64,000 nt of DNA, from NCBI RefSeq assembly GCF_009914755.1, contig NC_060926.1, one strand, 5' to 3'. Both the position numbers and the translations under genes were made by a program. This DNA comes from the human T2T-CHM13v2.0 reference genome, Homo sapiens. The notes under the pieces are model-generated. The model worked only from the letters and a program-made list of their open reading frames with translations, searched no databases and was not told the origin of the DNA. Below, in pieces: positions 1 through 13,704 of this stretch (the first letter of the stretch is position 1; every line of letters begins with the position of its first letter).

Positions 1-420
1 GTCAAATAAAGATAGTCTTGCAAGTGAGCTTTTCCAGGGAATCACTAGACTGGGCATATGATGACAGTTTTCCAGAAATGCAGCTTTAAAGGTGTTTCAA
101 ACCCATTCTGCCCCCTCCAGTGGCTGCCAGGCCACTAGTTTTCACGAAGATTGCAGGCTCTTGGTATTCAAGACTACTACAGAACTGGAGAAGAGGGGAT
201 TGGAATGGTACAAGTTAAAATGCCATGAACCTTGCTCTTCTTACCAAGATTTAGCATTTCTCTTGAATAAATGCTTCCTGTATTATTGCAAGTCTTTGGT
301 TAATTTTCAGAGTTCTGAAAAAGTTGGTTCTGACACTTTTGGCCAGTTTTCTGGTTATTTTGTAGTGGAGGGAATTTTCAGATGTTCTTATACCATTACA
401 TTTGCTACTGTCTGCCTGTG
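1..420 (-). mobile_element. Old L1M 5'-end-like fragment
   Basis: Resembles the reverse of L1M 5' regions (ttggttaattttcagagttctgaaaaagttg, ttgaataaatgcttc). Recognised from memory only. Confidence 0.4.
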
Positions 421-2015
421 GAATAGTGTTGAAGCTAGAATCAAGTTCCTGCTTTTTAACTTAGTGTTTCTTGGGTTTTGGGTGGCCAATTGACTAAGAA
501 ATCTAAGCTTTTATTTCTTTCTCTCAAAAATGGGCATGTTAATATATACTACTTGGAATTATTGTAGGGATTACATGAGATCATGCATTTAAGAATCAAC
601 TGGATAAAAGCTAACCTATATGTTACTACCAAATGGAAGGATACATAAGTTCAAAAGGTAGAAATGGGAAAAAAAAAAGATTTTATCACTTAGGCCTGTT
701 TTATGGAAGCAGAGCCACTTTGAGTATTTTAGAGAATAAGTGGTTTACTAAAGGAGTTGAATCTTAACACAAATGTGAGAAGAGCTGGGGAAATGAAGGT
801 ATGGAAGAGGGAATCAGAAGATCAAGGCAAGAATCATTGACTAGTCCACTTGAAACATTGGCACAAGTGGGTAAGTCAGAACTTAAGGTAAATCCAAGAA
901 GCCAAATACTTTCAGACATTGAAATGGGACCATGAAGCAGGGGCTTGCGGAGGGATCTGTGGACAACCATTATATCTATATAGCTATTAACCCTGTGAGT
1001 CCACACAGCAAATGTCTCAGGGGCCTGGGGATGCTATAGGTCAGCAGAGCCAGCAGTTGGAAGGACAAGGTATACACACAGAGCATGGGTTCTGGGATCT
1101 GCAGAGCATCTCCACATCTTGTTTGTTACCATATTAGACCATGACAACTTTCCAAGAGTAAAGGCTGTTGCTTCACTTCTGCCTTTGAAATCCTTGATAG
1201 GTTCTCCTATGATGAACTCTAACATGAAATCAGAAGGAAAAGGGATTTTAGGAAACAGTTTCCAGTTTAAGCAAGTTGACATAGCATAATCCAGTACATA
1301 TGACTATGCAAGGGTTTAGTTGTTTAACTTGGGAATTTACTTATTTGGAAAGTAGCAACATACTAGCAGGTACAGATTATTCCATAGATTGTGTTTCATA
1401 AAGAAGAGTTTCTGACATGGGGAAACTTTAAAATTTCTTCAAACGGGGGTTTAGATATTGAAGCATTCTTACAACATATAAAGTTAAATATTTAATTTAA
1501 CAAACCTTGATTTGTTTAATAGATGAATTCCTTAGGGGTGATACATCAAATGGATTTTTATAAATTCAACATTTCCCTAATAACAAGTATTAATACCAGC
1601 TATATGATAATTTTTAATTGGTTTTCAGTTGACATTGGCACAGAAGTTTTTTAAATCTTAGTTTGTGTTTTGTTAGCATGATGTCATCAAGGCCATGGGA
1701 TGGTGAGACAATCAAAGTCATTGCAGATTAAATTATATCATAAAGTCCATGTGGTTCTGAGGCAAGATAGGACAAGCATACTTCTCTCTGTGCTGGTAAA
1801 AGGCTGCTATATCTGGTGTTGTCTGGTTATTGTGTAGAGAATAGCACATTTGCTGTATCAGTACCCTGCTTCCCATGTAATGATTTATTCCAGCAAAGAG
1901 ATCATGTCCAGAACAGTAGCTGTAATCAGAGCCACCACTATGTTAAGTTTATCATAATCCATGACATTTTCCAGGACCCATTTTTGTTCTGCTCAGTTTA
2001 AATGGGTAGGTTAAA

Positions 2016-2016
<1 letters not shown>

Positions 2017-2058
<42 letters not shown>

Positions 2059-2074
2059 CACACACATATACACA
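2017..2074. repeat. (CA)20 microsatellite with an imperfect tail
   Basis: Perfect CA run 2017-2056, then tgcacacacatatacaca. Confidence 0.97.
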
Positions 2075-3664
2075 AGTTTTTGATAATGACACCAACCTCT
2101 GGTTTACTAGATATGCAGTGTTGCTTTGAGTTTACTCTTTTAATGAGAAGAGTATGTACGCTTCAGGGGCTTTTGCTTGGCCCTTTTTACTGTAGTAGCA
2201 CTTAGTAGAGGATCTGCTGGTTGCTCAATATATCTAATTCACTGTACACTCACAGTGAAGGGAAGAGAAGGAAACTAGAGAAATCACCACTAGATAGATT
2301 CAGGCCCAGATTACTGGGCCTACCATGGGATGGACAGACTTTCATTAACCCAACCACTCATCGTGATGATGTTTTGAGTCCCAAAGGGTTAACATTAAAG
2401 AGGTAACCCTAAGAAGATGGGGTATTTCTATTTCCCCAGGATACAATTATGTGGCAAATATTTATGTTTACTTCTTTGGAAAATACTAGGGAAGAGCTAT
2501 GATATATCCTTGTTATGTTATTTCAGAGTCCTTCCTGAATGGTATTGGCTTCTTGTTTATTTTTATCTAAAAGGCTGTGAGTCTTTGAAGTGATTCAAAG
2601 ATAGGAACTGGGTGAGAGACAATGTCTTATCATGGAGACTCAGGTCAGGCATCTGGTCTCCAAACCTAGAAATTTTTTTCTTTAATGTTATACATATCAA
2701 GTTTGAACTTCATCAGCTGCCCATCTAGTTTGGAACTGAAGTTTCAGGATCAGTCAGTCACTACTTAAGATCCATGCTAGTCTGACCTAAATATCTGATT
2801 ATCACTGTGGCCATGCTGATTGCAAATAACTATGCTCATAATGCTTCCAGGTTCAGTGCTATCAGCAAGTCTCTCCCACCCTGGGTTCTAACCACCCCCG
2901 TTAAAATCAGGAAGCCCATTTCAACAAAAGGACCTCTAAGCTTTTCCCCAGCTTACACGGAACATCTACCATAGCACTTTTCAAAAATGCTGGTTCTCCC
3001 ATTTAAAATGTAAAAGGAATATCATCTGGGCCCTGTTGGGGACATAGTTAGGGGTAGATGAGCAGGTTGCAAGTGATAAATTAACAACAGCCTTTTTGTT
3101 CTAAGTTATTGGATGCCTTCCTGTACATTACACAAAGGAATTTCTGGCATTTTAACTTTGTTTAGTTTTGGCCACATTTGAGTCCAGATTTTAGTCAAGC
3201 AGTTGAGCAAATAATTTAGAACCATCCCCAGCTGCTTGAGTTAGCACTGCGAATCAAAAATTTCTGATGAATATCTTAATTCAGCCCGATTTAAATTATG
3301 ATCCTTTTTCTCTCTGGTCTAGCATGGTTAGAATCTCTTTTACCATGTGGTCCCAAGGTTTTCCCCTGTAAATTAACAAAATCAGCCGTTCTTTTTGCAT
3401 GTTGGTTTATTTTTATGTCTGAAGGCAATGAGGGATGGAAGGGTACAGTCATTATGGTGTCTTTAAGCAAAGTAGCGCTAGTCTTATCAGATATACTCTG
3501 CTGGTACAGGAAACTTAGTAGATTTGGAGAACTTCTGTTATTTAAATCCTCCCAAATGTCTCCATTTAAATTCTTGGATCCTGCTCTTTCATAATCAGTG
3601 CCCTCTTCTGCTCCTGGCCAGGATGAAGTAACTGTTACTAGACTTACCCTCTTTCTTTAAACAA

Positions 3665-4075
3665 TGGTTGCAGTTCCTATTGCTGTGTAACAAACCCACT
3701 CAAAACTTAGTGGCTTAAAACAACAGCAATCATTTGTTTCCCTCTCATGGTTTCTGTAGAACAGGAATTTAGGAAGGGTTTGACTGAGCAGTGGTCTGGC
3801 ATTACTCACGTAGTTGCAATCAGATGGTGGTGGGTCTCGGACACTTGGGGACTGGCTAGGCAACTCTCTTCATCTAATCTCAGGGCCTGTCAGTGGGATT
3901 TCTCCACATGAATTAGCTTGGGCTTCTTCACAGCATGATGACTACAGGGAGTAGGACTACTTACCTGGCAGCTCAGGACTCCAAGCGAGGATTGCAAGAG
4001 AACCACACAGAGGCTGACTGGCCTGTTATGCTCCAGCTTTGAAAGTCGCATAGTGTCACTTTTACCATAGTCCCA
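3665..4075 (-). mobile_element. MaLR (MLT1-type) solo LTR
   Basis: cctattgctgtgtaacaaac...cttagtggcttaaaacaac is the typical reverse 3' end of MLT1. Confidence 0.7.
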
Positions 4076-4178
4076 AGCCCACCCAGAGCAATCGCTAAAG
4101 AATATAAAATGATATATAACTGAAAGCCAATAGAGAAAATAAATGGGAGACTAAAGCATACTCGGTTAATCCAATCAA

Positions 4179-4875
<697 letters not shown>

Positions 4876-4906
4876 AGAACTAATAAAACAATTCATTCTA
4901 CATTCT

Positions 4907-6423
4907 TTTTTTTTTTTTTTAATTGATCATTCTTGGGTGTTTCTCGCAGAGGGGGATTTGCCAGGGTCATAGGACAATAGCGGAGGGAAGGTCAGCAGAT
5001 AAACAAGTGAACAAAGGTCTCTGGTTTTCCTAGGCAGAGGACCCTTCGGCCTTCCGCAGTGTTTGTGTCCCTGGGTACTTGAGATTAGGGAGTGGCGATG
5101 ACTCTTAACGAGCATGCTGCCTTCAAGCATCTGTTTAACAAAGCACATCTTGCACCGCCCTTAATCCATTTAACCCTGAGTGGACACAGCACATGTTTCA
5201 GAGAGCACAGGGTTGGGGGTAAGGTCATAGATCAACAGTATCCCAAGGCAGAAGAATTTTTCTTAGTACAGAACAAAATGAAAAGTCTCCCATGTCTACT
5301 TCTTTCTACACAGACACAGCAACCATCCGATTTCTCAATCTTTTCCCCACCTTTCCCCCTTTACTATTCCACAAAACCGCCATTGTCATCATGGCCCATT
5401 CTCAATGAGCTGTTGGGTACACCTCCCAGACAGGGTGGTGGCCGGGCAGAGGGGCTCCTCACTTCCCAGTAGGGGCGGCCGGGCAGAGGCGTCTCTCACC
5501 TCCCGGACGGGGTGGCTGGCCGGGCGGGGGCTGACCTCCCCCACCTCCCTCCTGGACGGGGCGGCTGGCTGGGCGGGGGGGCTGACCCCCCCCCACCTCC
5601 CTCCCGGAGGGGGCGGCTGGCCAGGCGGGGGGGCTGACCCCCCCCACCTCCCTCCCGGACGGGGTGGCTGCCGGGCGGGGATGCTCCTCACTTCCCAGAC
5701 GGGGCGGCTGCTGGGTGGAGGGGCTCCTCACTTCTCAGATGGGGCGGCTGCCGGGCAGAGGGGCTCCTCACTTCTCAGATGGGGCGGCTGCCGGGTGGAG
5801 GGTCTCCACACTTCTCAGACGGGGCGGCCGGGCAGAGACGCTCCTCACTTCCTAGATGGGATGGCGGGCGGGCAGAGACGCTCCTCACTTTCCAGACTGG
5901 GCAGCCAGGCAGAGACGCTCCTCACTTCCCAGACGGGGTGGCGGCCGGGCAGAGGCTGCAATCTCGGCACTTTGGGAGGCCAAGGCAGGCGGCTGGGAGG
6001 TGGAGGTTGTAGCGAGCCAAGATCACGCCACTGCACTCCAGCCTGGGCACCATTGAGCACTGAGTGAATGAGACTCCTTCTGCAATTCCGGCACCTCGGG
6101 AGGCCAAGGCTGGCGGATCACTCGCGGTTAGGAGCTGGAGACCAGCCCGGCCAACACAGCGAAACCCCGTCTCCACCAAAAAAATACGAAAACCAGACAG
6201 GCGTGGCAGCGCGTGCCTGCAATCGCAGACACTCGGCAGGCTGAGGCAGGAGAATCAGGCAGGGAGGTTGCAGTGAGCCGAGATGGCAGCAGTACAGTCC
6301 AGCTTCGGCTCGGCATCAGAGGGAGACCTTGGAAAGAGAGGGAGAGGGAGACGGTGGAAAGAGAGGGAGAGGGAGACCGTGGGGAGACGGAGAGGGAGAG
6401 GGAGAGGGAGAGGGAGCCGGAGC
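4907..6423 (-). mobile_element. Full-length SVA retrotransposon, antisense to TTC27
   Basis: Poly-T 4907-4920, SINE-R ~4925-5420, GC-rich VNTR ~5425-5955, Alu-like region ~5955-6310, (GAGAGG)n hexamers ~6335-6415. A 13-bp TSD CATTCTACATTCT lies at 4894-4906 and 6424-6436. Confidence 0.97.
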
Positions 6424-8216
6424 CATTCTACATTCTAATTCAGCTATCCTATAGGAGCAGTATCTACCTACCTTTGATTTTGGCTTTTACCTGGTTGGTA
6501 GCTACAGGGAAAAATAAATTCTTTTAGATAATCATAGAAATTCCCTGGTTCTCTGACCTGGGGGATTTAAAACACTGAGTGTTGTTTGCTTTCTTTGAGC
6601 TGTCTAGTGAACTTGGAAACAGCCAACTTACCTCACAGTTGTTGTATTCCCTCATAATCTATCACTCAATATGCAAAGCCGTGCATTAGGTAACTGTCTT
6701 AGTTCTGTTACTACACATGATAACTTAAGTAATTCTTTCATCATGGGATATCATGGACTACCAGTGTTTAACCCTCTTATGATCACTGCAGCCTTTCTGT
6801 CTTCAAACCCAACCAGATCAGATACCAATCACACATTTCCATTTGCCCCAGGAGTACATTACCTGAAATCATTTCTATACCCAATTACTATAATGGTCAT
6901 TGTTTAATTACAGACCACTACAGTACGCTGTAACTGGCTAAAGCAGAAAGGAATTTATTAGGTGAATTGGCCTCCAGAATTTCTGGGGTGACGTGGGTAC
7001 CATACCGTCAGTATCGGGCTGTCAAGAGAAATGCCTTCAATCACGCAGTGAGATGATTTCAGCAAAAATTCTGCTGCGGCTACAGTTTGTGGTTGAATAC
7101 ATCTCTTTATAGGTGACTAGAGTTATAGTTAGGTACTTTAATAGCTATTGTATTGATGTTTGAAGAGAGGAATTACATGGATTATATTCTAAAACTTTAT
7201 GTTTATTTTGACTGGGACTTAAAAGTATTTTTTCTTAGAAACTGTTTTATAAATTCCAGTTTCACTTTCAGATTAGGTCTAAAAGCATACACAACCTGAA
7301 CTATATCAGAATGCAGAGGAGCCAACATCCAAAGACACTTTTAGAAGTATAGTCTTCTTTTAAAAGAGTTCACAAAAATTAGACTGCTTAAGGAGTATAG
7401 ATATGCCCAACCTAAAGAAAATCAAATATACAGACTTTCGGATTGCCAACTGATGTATGTTAGGGGCTTTAAAGTCTCATTTTAGCTGCTAAAGGATGGC
7501 TTTCCTGGATATGTACATCCATTTTGGCAATGGCTATCCTAGCGTCCTTGGCAGCACCACTGCTGTTTACGTGAAGGCGTGTGTGTGAGGATGCAAAGTA
7601 GAGCTACTACTGTGCTTCTTGGTCTATGTTGAAGTTTATCAGAAATGGGATGGTGGACATGGCGGTGGGAGGAAGTTGAGGAGTGGTGGCAACAAGTACA
7701 CAATTAGCCTGAGTGATGAGGTAGCTCCAAACTGTGGACATATGAGAATAATGCCGAAGTCTGTGCAATGTATTGAGGATGATTTTTAATTTCTAAAGTG
7801 AATGGGCTGTCTGGAATCAGGTAGGTCTAGTATGAGCAAGTTTTATCTGTGAAGTAGGATGTAGTTTGATAAAGAGGTAGGTTTTAAGCAGTGCCTATTA
7901 AGTTGTATGTAAATTTAGATACAATTTAATAGACATTGCTAAAAACCCCTCCTTTATAAATTCCACAGTGATCCCAGGCTCCCCAACCATACCGTTTTGA
8001 AAAAGGAAAAACATGCTTTTCATTGCCTTTGGGTAGAGGTGAATGAAAGGTACTGCTCTAAAAAATGGTCACAGTGGCGACACCTGGAGCAGGTAGTGAG
8101 GCCACCTGATATCATTAAGTAAACCTCTCTTCGGTGCCTTTCCTTGAGGACCCCAGAGGGCCAGTGAAGCAGTGTTCCCCTTTTATTCCTTGTTCCTTTC
8201 TTTTACTTGCACCTTA

Positions 8217-8881
8217 GAGACATACCTCTTTTTATTACACTTCACTTTATAGCACCTCACAGATACGGCGCCTTTTACAGATGGAAGGTTTGTGACAACC
8301 CTGTGTCAAACAAGTCCGTCAGCACCATTTTTCCAACCACATGTGCTTACTTCATATCTCTGTGTTAGCATTTTGTAGCAATTAAGCTGTGCACATTTTT
8401 TTTTAGACAAAATGCTATTGCATACTTAATAGACTACAGTATAGTGTAAAAACAACTTTTTTTTTTGTTTTTTTGAGTCAGAGTTTCACTCTTGTTGTCC
8501 AGGCTGGAGTGCAATGACTCAGTCTTGGCTCACTGCAACCTCCACCTCCTGGGTTCAAGCGATTTCTCCTGCCTCAGCCTCCCACCCAAGAAGTTGGGAT
8601 TACAGGCAGGCACCTGCCACCACGCCCGGCTAATTTTTGTATTTTTAGTAGAGACAGGGTTTCACCATATTGGCCAGGCTGGTCTTGAACTCCTGACCTC
8701 AGGCAATCCACCCACCTCAGCTTCCCAAAGTGCTGGGATTCCAGGCGTGAGCCACCACGTCTGGCGAAAAACAACTTTTATGTGTGCTGGAAATCAAAAA
8801 CTTTGTGACTTGCTTTATTGCAGTATTCACTTTATTGCAGTGGTCTGGGACCAAACCCGCAATATCTCTGAGGTATGCCTG
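8217..8881 (+). mobile_element. Internally deleted Tigger1 derivative (both termini retained), interrupted by an Alu
   Basis: TA|gagacatacctc ... gaggtatgcctg|TA terminal inverted repeats. Tigger1 5' and 3' ends are joined without the transposase. Confidence 0.88.
8461..8766 (-). mobile_element. Alu (S-type) nested in the Tigger1 derivative
   Basis: TSD aaaaacaactttt at 8448-8460 and 8767-8779. Confidence 0.95.
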
Positions 8882-9056
8882 TATTTATTTTGTATCGGTC
8901 CTCTTACTCAACCTGTGTCCTTGATAGGTCAAATAAGAAATCTCAAACGTTGAAAATAAAAATTTGGATTGTGTGAGATTAAAGATGTATATGTGCTAAA
9001 AAAAAAAATAGCAGTTAATCACTCTTAAGCAATTTCATTATTTCTGTTGTTTCTAG

Positions 9057-9284
9057 GCAGAAGAAATCCTTAGACAAGAGCTGGAGAAAAAAGAAACGCC
9101 TAGTTTATACTGCTTGCTTGGAGATGTCCTCGGAGACCATTCTTGCTATGACAAGGCCTGGGAGTTGTCCCGGTACCGCAGTGCTCGTGCTCAGCGCTCC
9201 AAAGCCCTCCTTCATCTTCGGAATAAGGAGTTTCAAGAGTGTGTAGAGTGCTTCGAACGCTCGGTTAAGATTAATCCCATGCAG
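9057..9284 (+). CDS. TTC27: TTC27 internal coding exon A (228 nt, phase 0/0): [76 protein letters not shown]
   Basis: Acceptor tttctgttgtttctag at 9056 and donor CAG|gttaga at 9285. Open frame, overlapping ORF 9114-9404. Joins in frame to the next exon. Protein recognised as TTC27. Confidence 0.93.
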
Positions 9285-10167
9285 GTTAGACAACTCATAA
9301 CCCCCTGCTGCTCTCAGCGCTTGTGCTGTTCTTTGGATTTGATCTTACAGAATGAGTACCCATTTTCTAACCTGATAACTGGTGAGTTTGTTTTTGACAG
9401 CTAAGAACTTAGTCTCTAATAGACTTTTTGCTTGTTGCAAACTTGCTTGTTGCAAAAAGTGGATAGGTTTTTTTTAATTCACTTTCTATTACTTTAACTT
9501 TCTGTTTCATTTTGTTATTTTTTTCCCTTATCTGTCCTTAACTGACATACAACTATTAAAATTAGGTCCAATTTTGAGCGGATATGTTAGGAAGAAAATG
9601 AACAAGAGCCAAAATTGCAGACAGCATAGGACTTTGCAAGTATTTGCTGAAATCAGTAATGAAAGAAAAACCTTTATATAAATAGGATAGCATATAGAAT
9701 GGATTCTTGATCATTTTAAGAAAAACGTGTATTTATATACACACAAATACATTTAAATGTTTAAAAGTTTTTAAAGGTTTGAAAAAAATAATGCGAAAGG
9801 GTCTGGATCTTTAAACTAAGTGACATGATAAATCCATAGGAGTGGACCTAATTTTGAGGGAAAAGAGATTAACCTTATTTTGTACTTAATGATATTCAGT
9901 TATCAGAATGTTTTATTATTAGAAATGGTCATTTTTTCTACCAAACTTTATTTATAACTGCCTTCCCATTTCACCAATCAAAGGCACATATAACTGTCAA
10001 TCATTGCTGTTGAAAAACATGCACACTGATTTGCTGTAATCACCAGTTAAAATACTAACTTATAATTAGTGACTAATGTTCACCAAGCACTTACTATGAG
10101 CCAGGTAATTCATTAAGCATTTTGCTAGTATTCGAATCCAGATGGTCTGATTCCAGAGCCTACACTG

Positions 10168-10830
<663 letters not shown>

Positions 10831-11091
10831 AATTGTCATTTTTGAACTGGATAACTGAGGGAATGCGTTTTACATTGAAAAAAAATCAGAAGTGCATTTT
10901 CTTATGCTGGATTGAGCTAATTGCTTACTTTCCGAACTCTGAATGGTGAATATAATTAGAACTTTCCAAATCAGGTAAAAAGCCTGGAGAAGAGAGTAGG
11001 ACAGGTGTAAGTACAGAATATCAGCAGAAACTAATGGGTGTATTTGACAGCAAGGATGCTTAGAGTATACTAAGGAATTGGTTTTTGTTGA

Positions 11092-11316
11092 CAGTTTGCT
11101 CTAAGTCACTGGGGATGATTTTGTCCCCCAGAGGACGTTTGGCAAGTCACGTAGTCATTTTTGGTTTTGACAGTGGGGACGTGTGGGGATGTGCTACTGA
11201 CATCGAGTGGGTGGAGGCCAGGGATGCTGCTAAACATCCCGTAATACACAGCACAGCCCCCACAATAAAGATTATCTGGCCTGTCATGCCACTAGTGCCA
11301 TGGTTGAGAAACCCTC
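11092..11316 (+). mobile_element. MER20 (hAT-Charlie)
   Basis: gattttgtcccccagaggacgtttggcaa...gaggccagggatgctgctaaacatcc...ggttgagaaaccc. Confidence 0.85.
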
Positions 11317-11599
11317 CTCTAACTTGATTATCACTCTATTTTTTTTGGCGGCGGGGAGGGGTTAGTTTTTGGTTTTTGATAGAAGGGAGAACTCACTCAA
11401 TATTGTTTTTAAAATTTTACTTTTCTGAAAAACTGTATCATATCCTTGCATATCTTGGAAGCTTCTGCCTAAAGTTTACCCTAGCTGCAGTTGCCTTATG
11501 AGTGGGGGAAGTGAGTTCCCTCGCTTAGCCTGCCACAATCGCAGTTAAATCAGTGCCAGGTGCCTCACAGACATGAATTGTTCTCTGCAGCGCACAGTC

Positions 11600-12666
11600 T
11601 GTTCTCAACACATCAGCATTATCCTTTTCCTTCTGCCTCGCTGGCAGCTCCTTCTCAGGCTCCCTTGCTGGTTCCTAGGGGTGCCTTAAAGGCTTAGTCC
11701 TTGGACCTTGTCTTTGTCTGCACTTACTTCCTTGATTTCATCTAGTGCTGGAGCTTTAAGTTCCAACTATACACTGACAACTTCCCAGATTTTATTTTCA
11801 CTCCTGTTTTCTCCCCTGAACTCGACGCCAGTACTTAACTGCTTACGCGATCTCCCCATTCCTCACTCCAGCCTAACATTTACAGTATCTGAAGTGTTCT
11901 CCCCATCCCTAATCCCTCTTCCTCCCAAGCTTATCCTTATCCTCATCCCTATAAATAGCAACCCCATCCAACCTTGGAGTCATGCTTAATTCCTCTTACC
12001 CGTATACCCCACATCTAATCGATCAGCAAGTCCTAGCAGATCTGCCTTCAAAATATGTCCAGAATCAGACTGCTTCTTACCACCTCCTGTCATCCTGGTC
12101 CAAATCCCCATTGTCTTGCACCTGATTAATTATGTTACCTCCTTATTGGTCTTCCTGCCTTTCTCCTTGCCCCTCTGCCTATTCTCAAAGGACATCCACA
12201 TTTATCTTTCAAACTCAGGTCAGTTATGGTAATACCCAGTCTCTTAATGGCTCTCAAGACTTTCCCCAGTATCTAGCTCCCGGCACTTCTTCCTCCTTCC
12301 TCCAATTCTCCCCTTTTCTCACCCCACATTGCCCTCCTTGTTCTCTGAATATGCCAGGCACATTCCTGCCTCAGGGTCTTCCTCTTGCTCTTTCTCTGCC
12401 TGGAATGTCCTTCTTCCAGATATTTCATTCAAGTCTGCTCGAAGGTCACTTTCTCAGAGGGGCCTTCCATGATCATTCTATTTAAAATCATACCCCTACC
12501 TTATACTCCTAATTTTCCTTCCCTGCTTTATTTTTTTCCGTAGCACTTATGTATAGCTTACTTTTTTAAAAAAGTTCTGTTTTGTCTTCACTAGAATGTA
12601 AGGCCTATTAAAGTGCCTTGTACTTATCAGATATTCAATAAATATTTGTCAAATGGGTGAATAAAT
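11600..12666 (+). mobile_element. L2 3' fragment
   Basis: Pyrimidine-rich L2 body ending ctagaatgtaag...tcaataaatatttgtcaaatgggtgaataaat. Confidence 0.75.
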
Positions 12667-13039
12667 AGTATCTTCAACTACTTTTTTTCAGTCAAATATA
12701 TACTAATTGTCTGCCCTGCACGTAGCACTGAGCCAAAGAATGAAGACATAGCAGCAGGTCAGCAGATAGTCCCATTTGCACCATGGCAATCTAGTGAAGC
12801 AAACACAGACAGAACTAGCTAACAATATGATGCAACAAAGAAAAACCTAGCAATTTATATGTAAAGCACCAGTTATATAGAGGCCAAAGAGAACATTTCT
12901 ACTTTTGGTAGACAATGAAGAGAGGATGTTGGAGTCGGCTTTGAAAGACAGGTAGGACTAGAATAGGCAAAGGAAGTGCAGTGGTGGGGGCATTCTAGGC
13001 AGGTGAAGAGTATGAGCAAAGCTCTAGAAACACAGAGAG

Positions 13040-13041
<2 letters not shown>

Positions 13042-13093
<52 letters not shown>
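13042..13093. repeat. (GT)26 microsatellite
   Basis: Perfect GT run. Confidence 0.97.
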
Positions 13094-13094
<1 letters not shown>

Positions 13095-13389
13095 GGGGGA
13101 ACAGAGGTTTGGTGAAGAGGTTAGTTTTTTAGGGTAGAAGGAAGTAGGGCAGTTATAGTGCGAAACCTAGACTGGAGCCAGGCTGTGAAACGTCTTCAAT
13201 GTGAGGCTAAACCGTTGGGTTTTTATTTGACAGATAGCCATTAAAGGGTTGATTTCTTTGGAGCTTTGTTTTAAATGAAGGAATGTGGTGTGTAAAGAGG
13301 TAATTCAGGAATATTGTTTTGGTAACACTGGCTGTAGGAGATTCTAGATGGAGGCTGAGTTAAGAGACTGTAGCAATAGTTTAGTTTTT

Positions 13390-13704
13390 TGGGTTTTTTT
13401 TTTTGTTTTGTTTTTTGAGATGGAGTCTCGCTCTGTCACCCAGGCTGGAGTGCAGTGGCGCGATCTCAGCTTCTCAGCTCACTGCAATCTCTGCTTCCCA
13501 GGTTCAGGCGATTCTCCTGCCTCAGCCTTCCAAGTAGCTGGGATTACAGGCACATGCCACCATGCCCAGCTAATTTTTGTATTTTTAGTAGAAACGGGGT
13601 TTCGCCATGTTGGTCAGGCTGGTCTTGAACTCCTGACCTTGTGATCCGCCCGCCTCGGCCTCCCAAAGTGCTGGGATTACAGGCGTGAGCCACCGCGCTC
13701 AGCC
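13390..13704 (-). mobile_element. Alu (S-type), antisense
   Basis: Dimeric Alu with TSD caatag(tt/cc)tagttttt. Confidence 0.95.

Noticed and set aside
108-126. CTCF-like ctgccccctccagtggctg
   Set aside because: Two core mismatches, and it lies in a probable L1 relic.
4927-6527. Cluster of long GC-rich ORFs (up to 220 aa)
   Set aside because: All lie in the SVA VNTR, Alu-like and SINE-R domains. They stay open because of GC-rich tandem repeats and are not genes.
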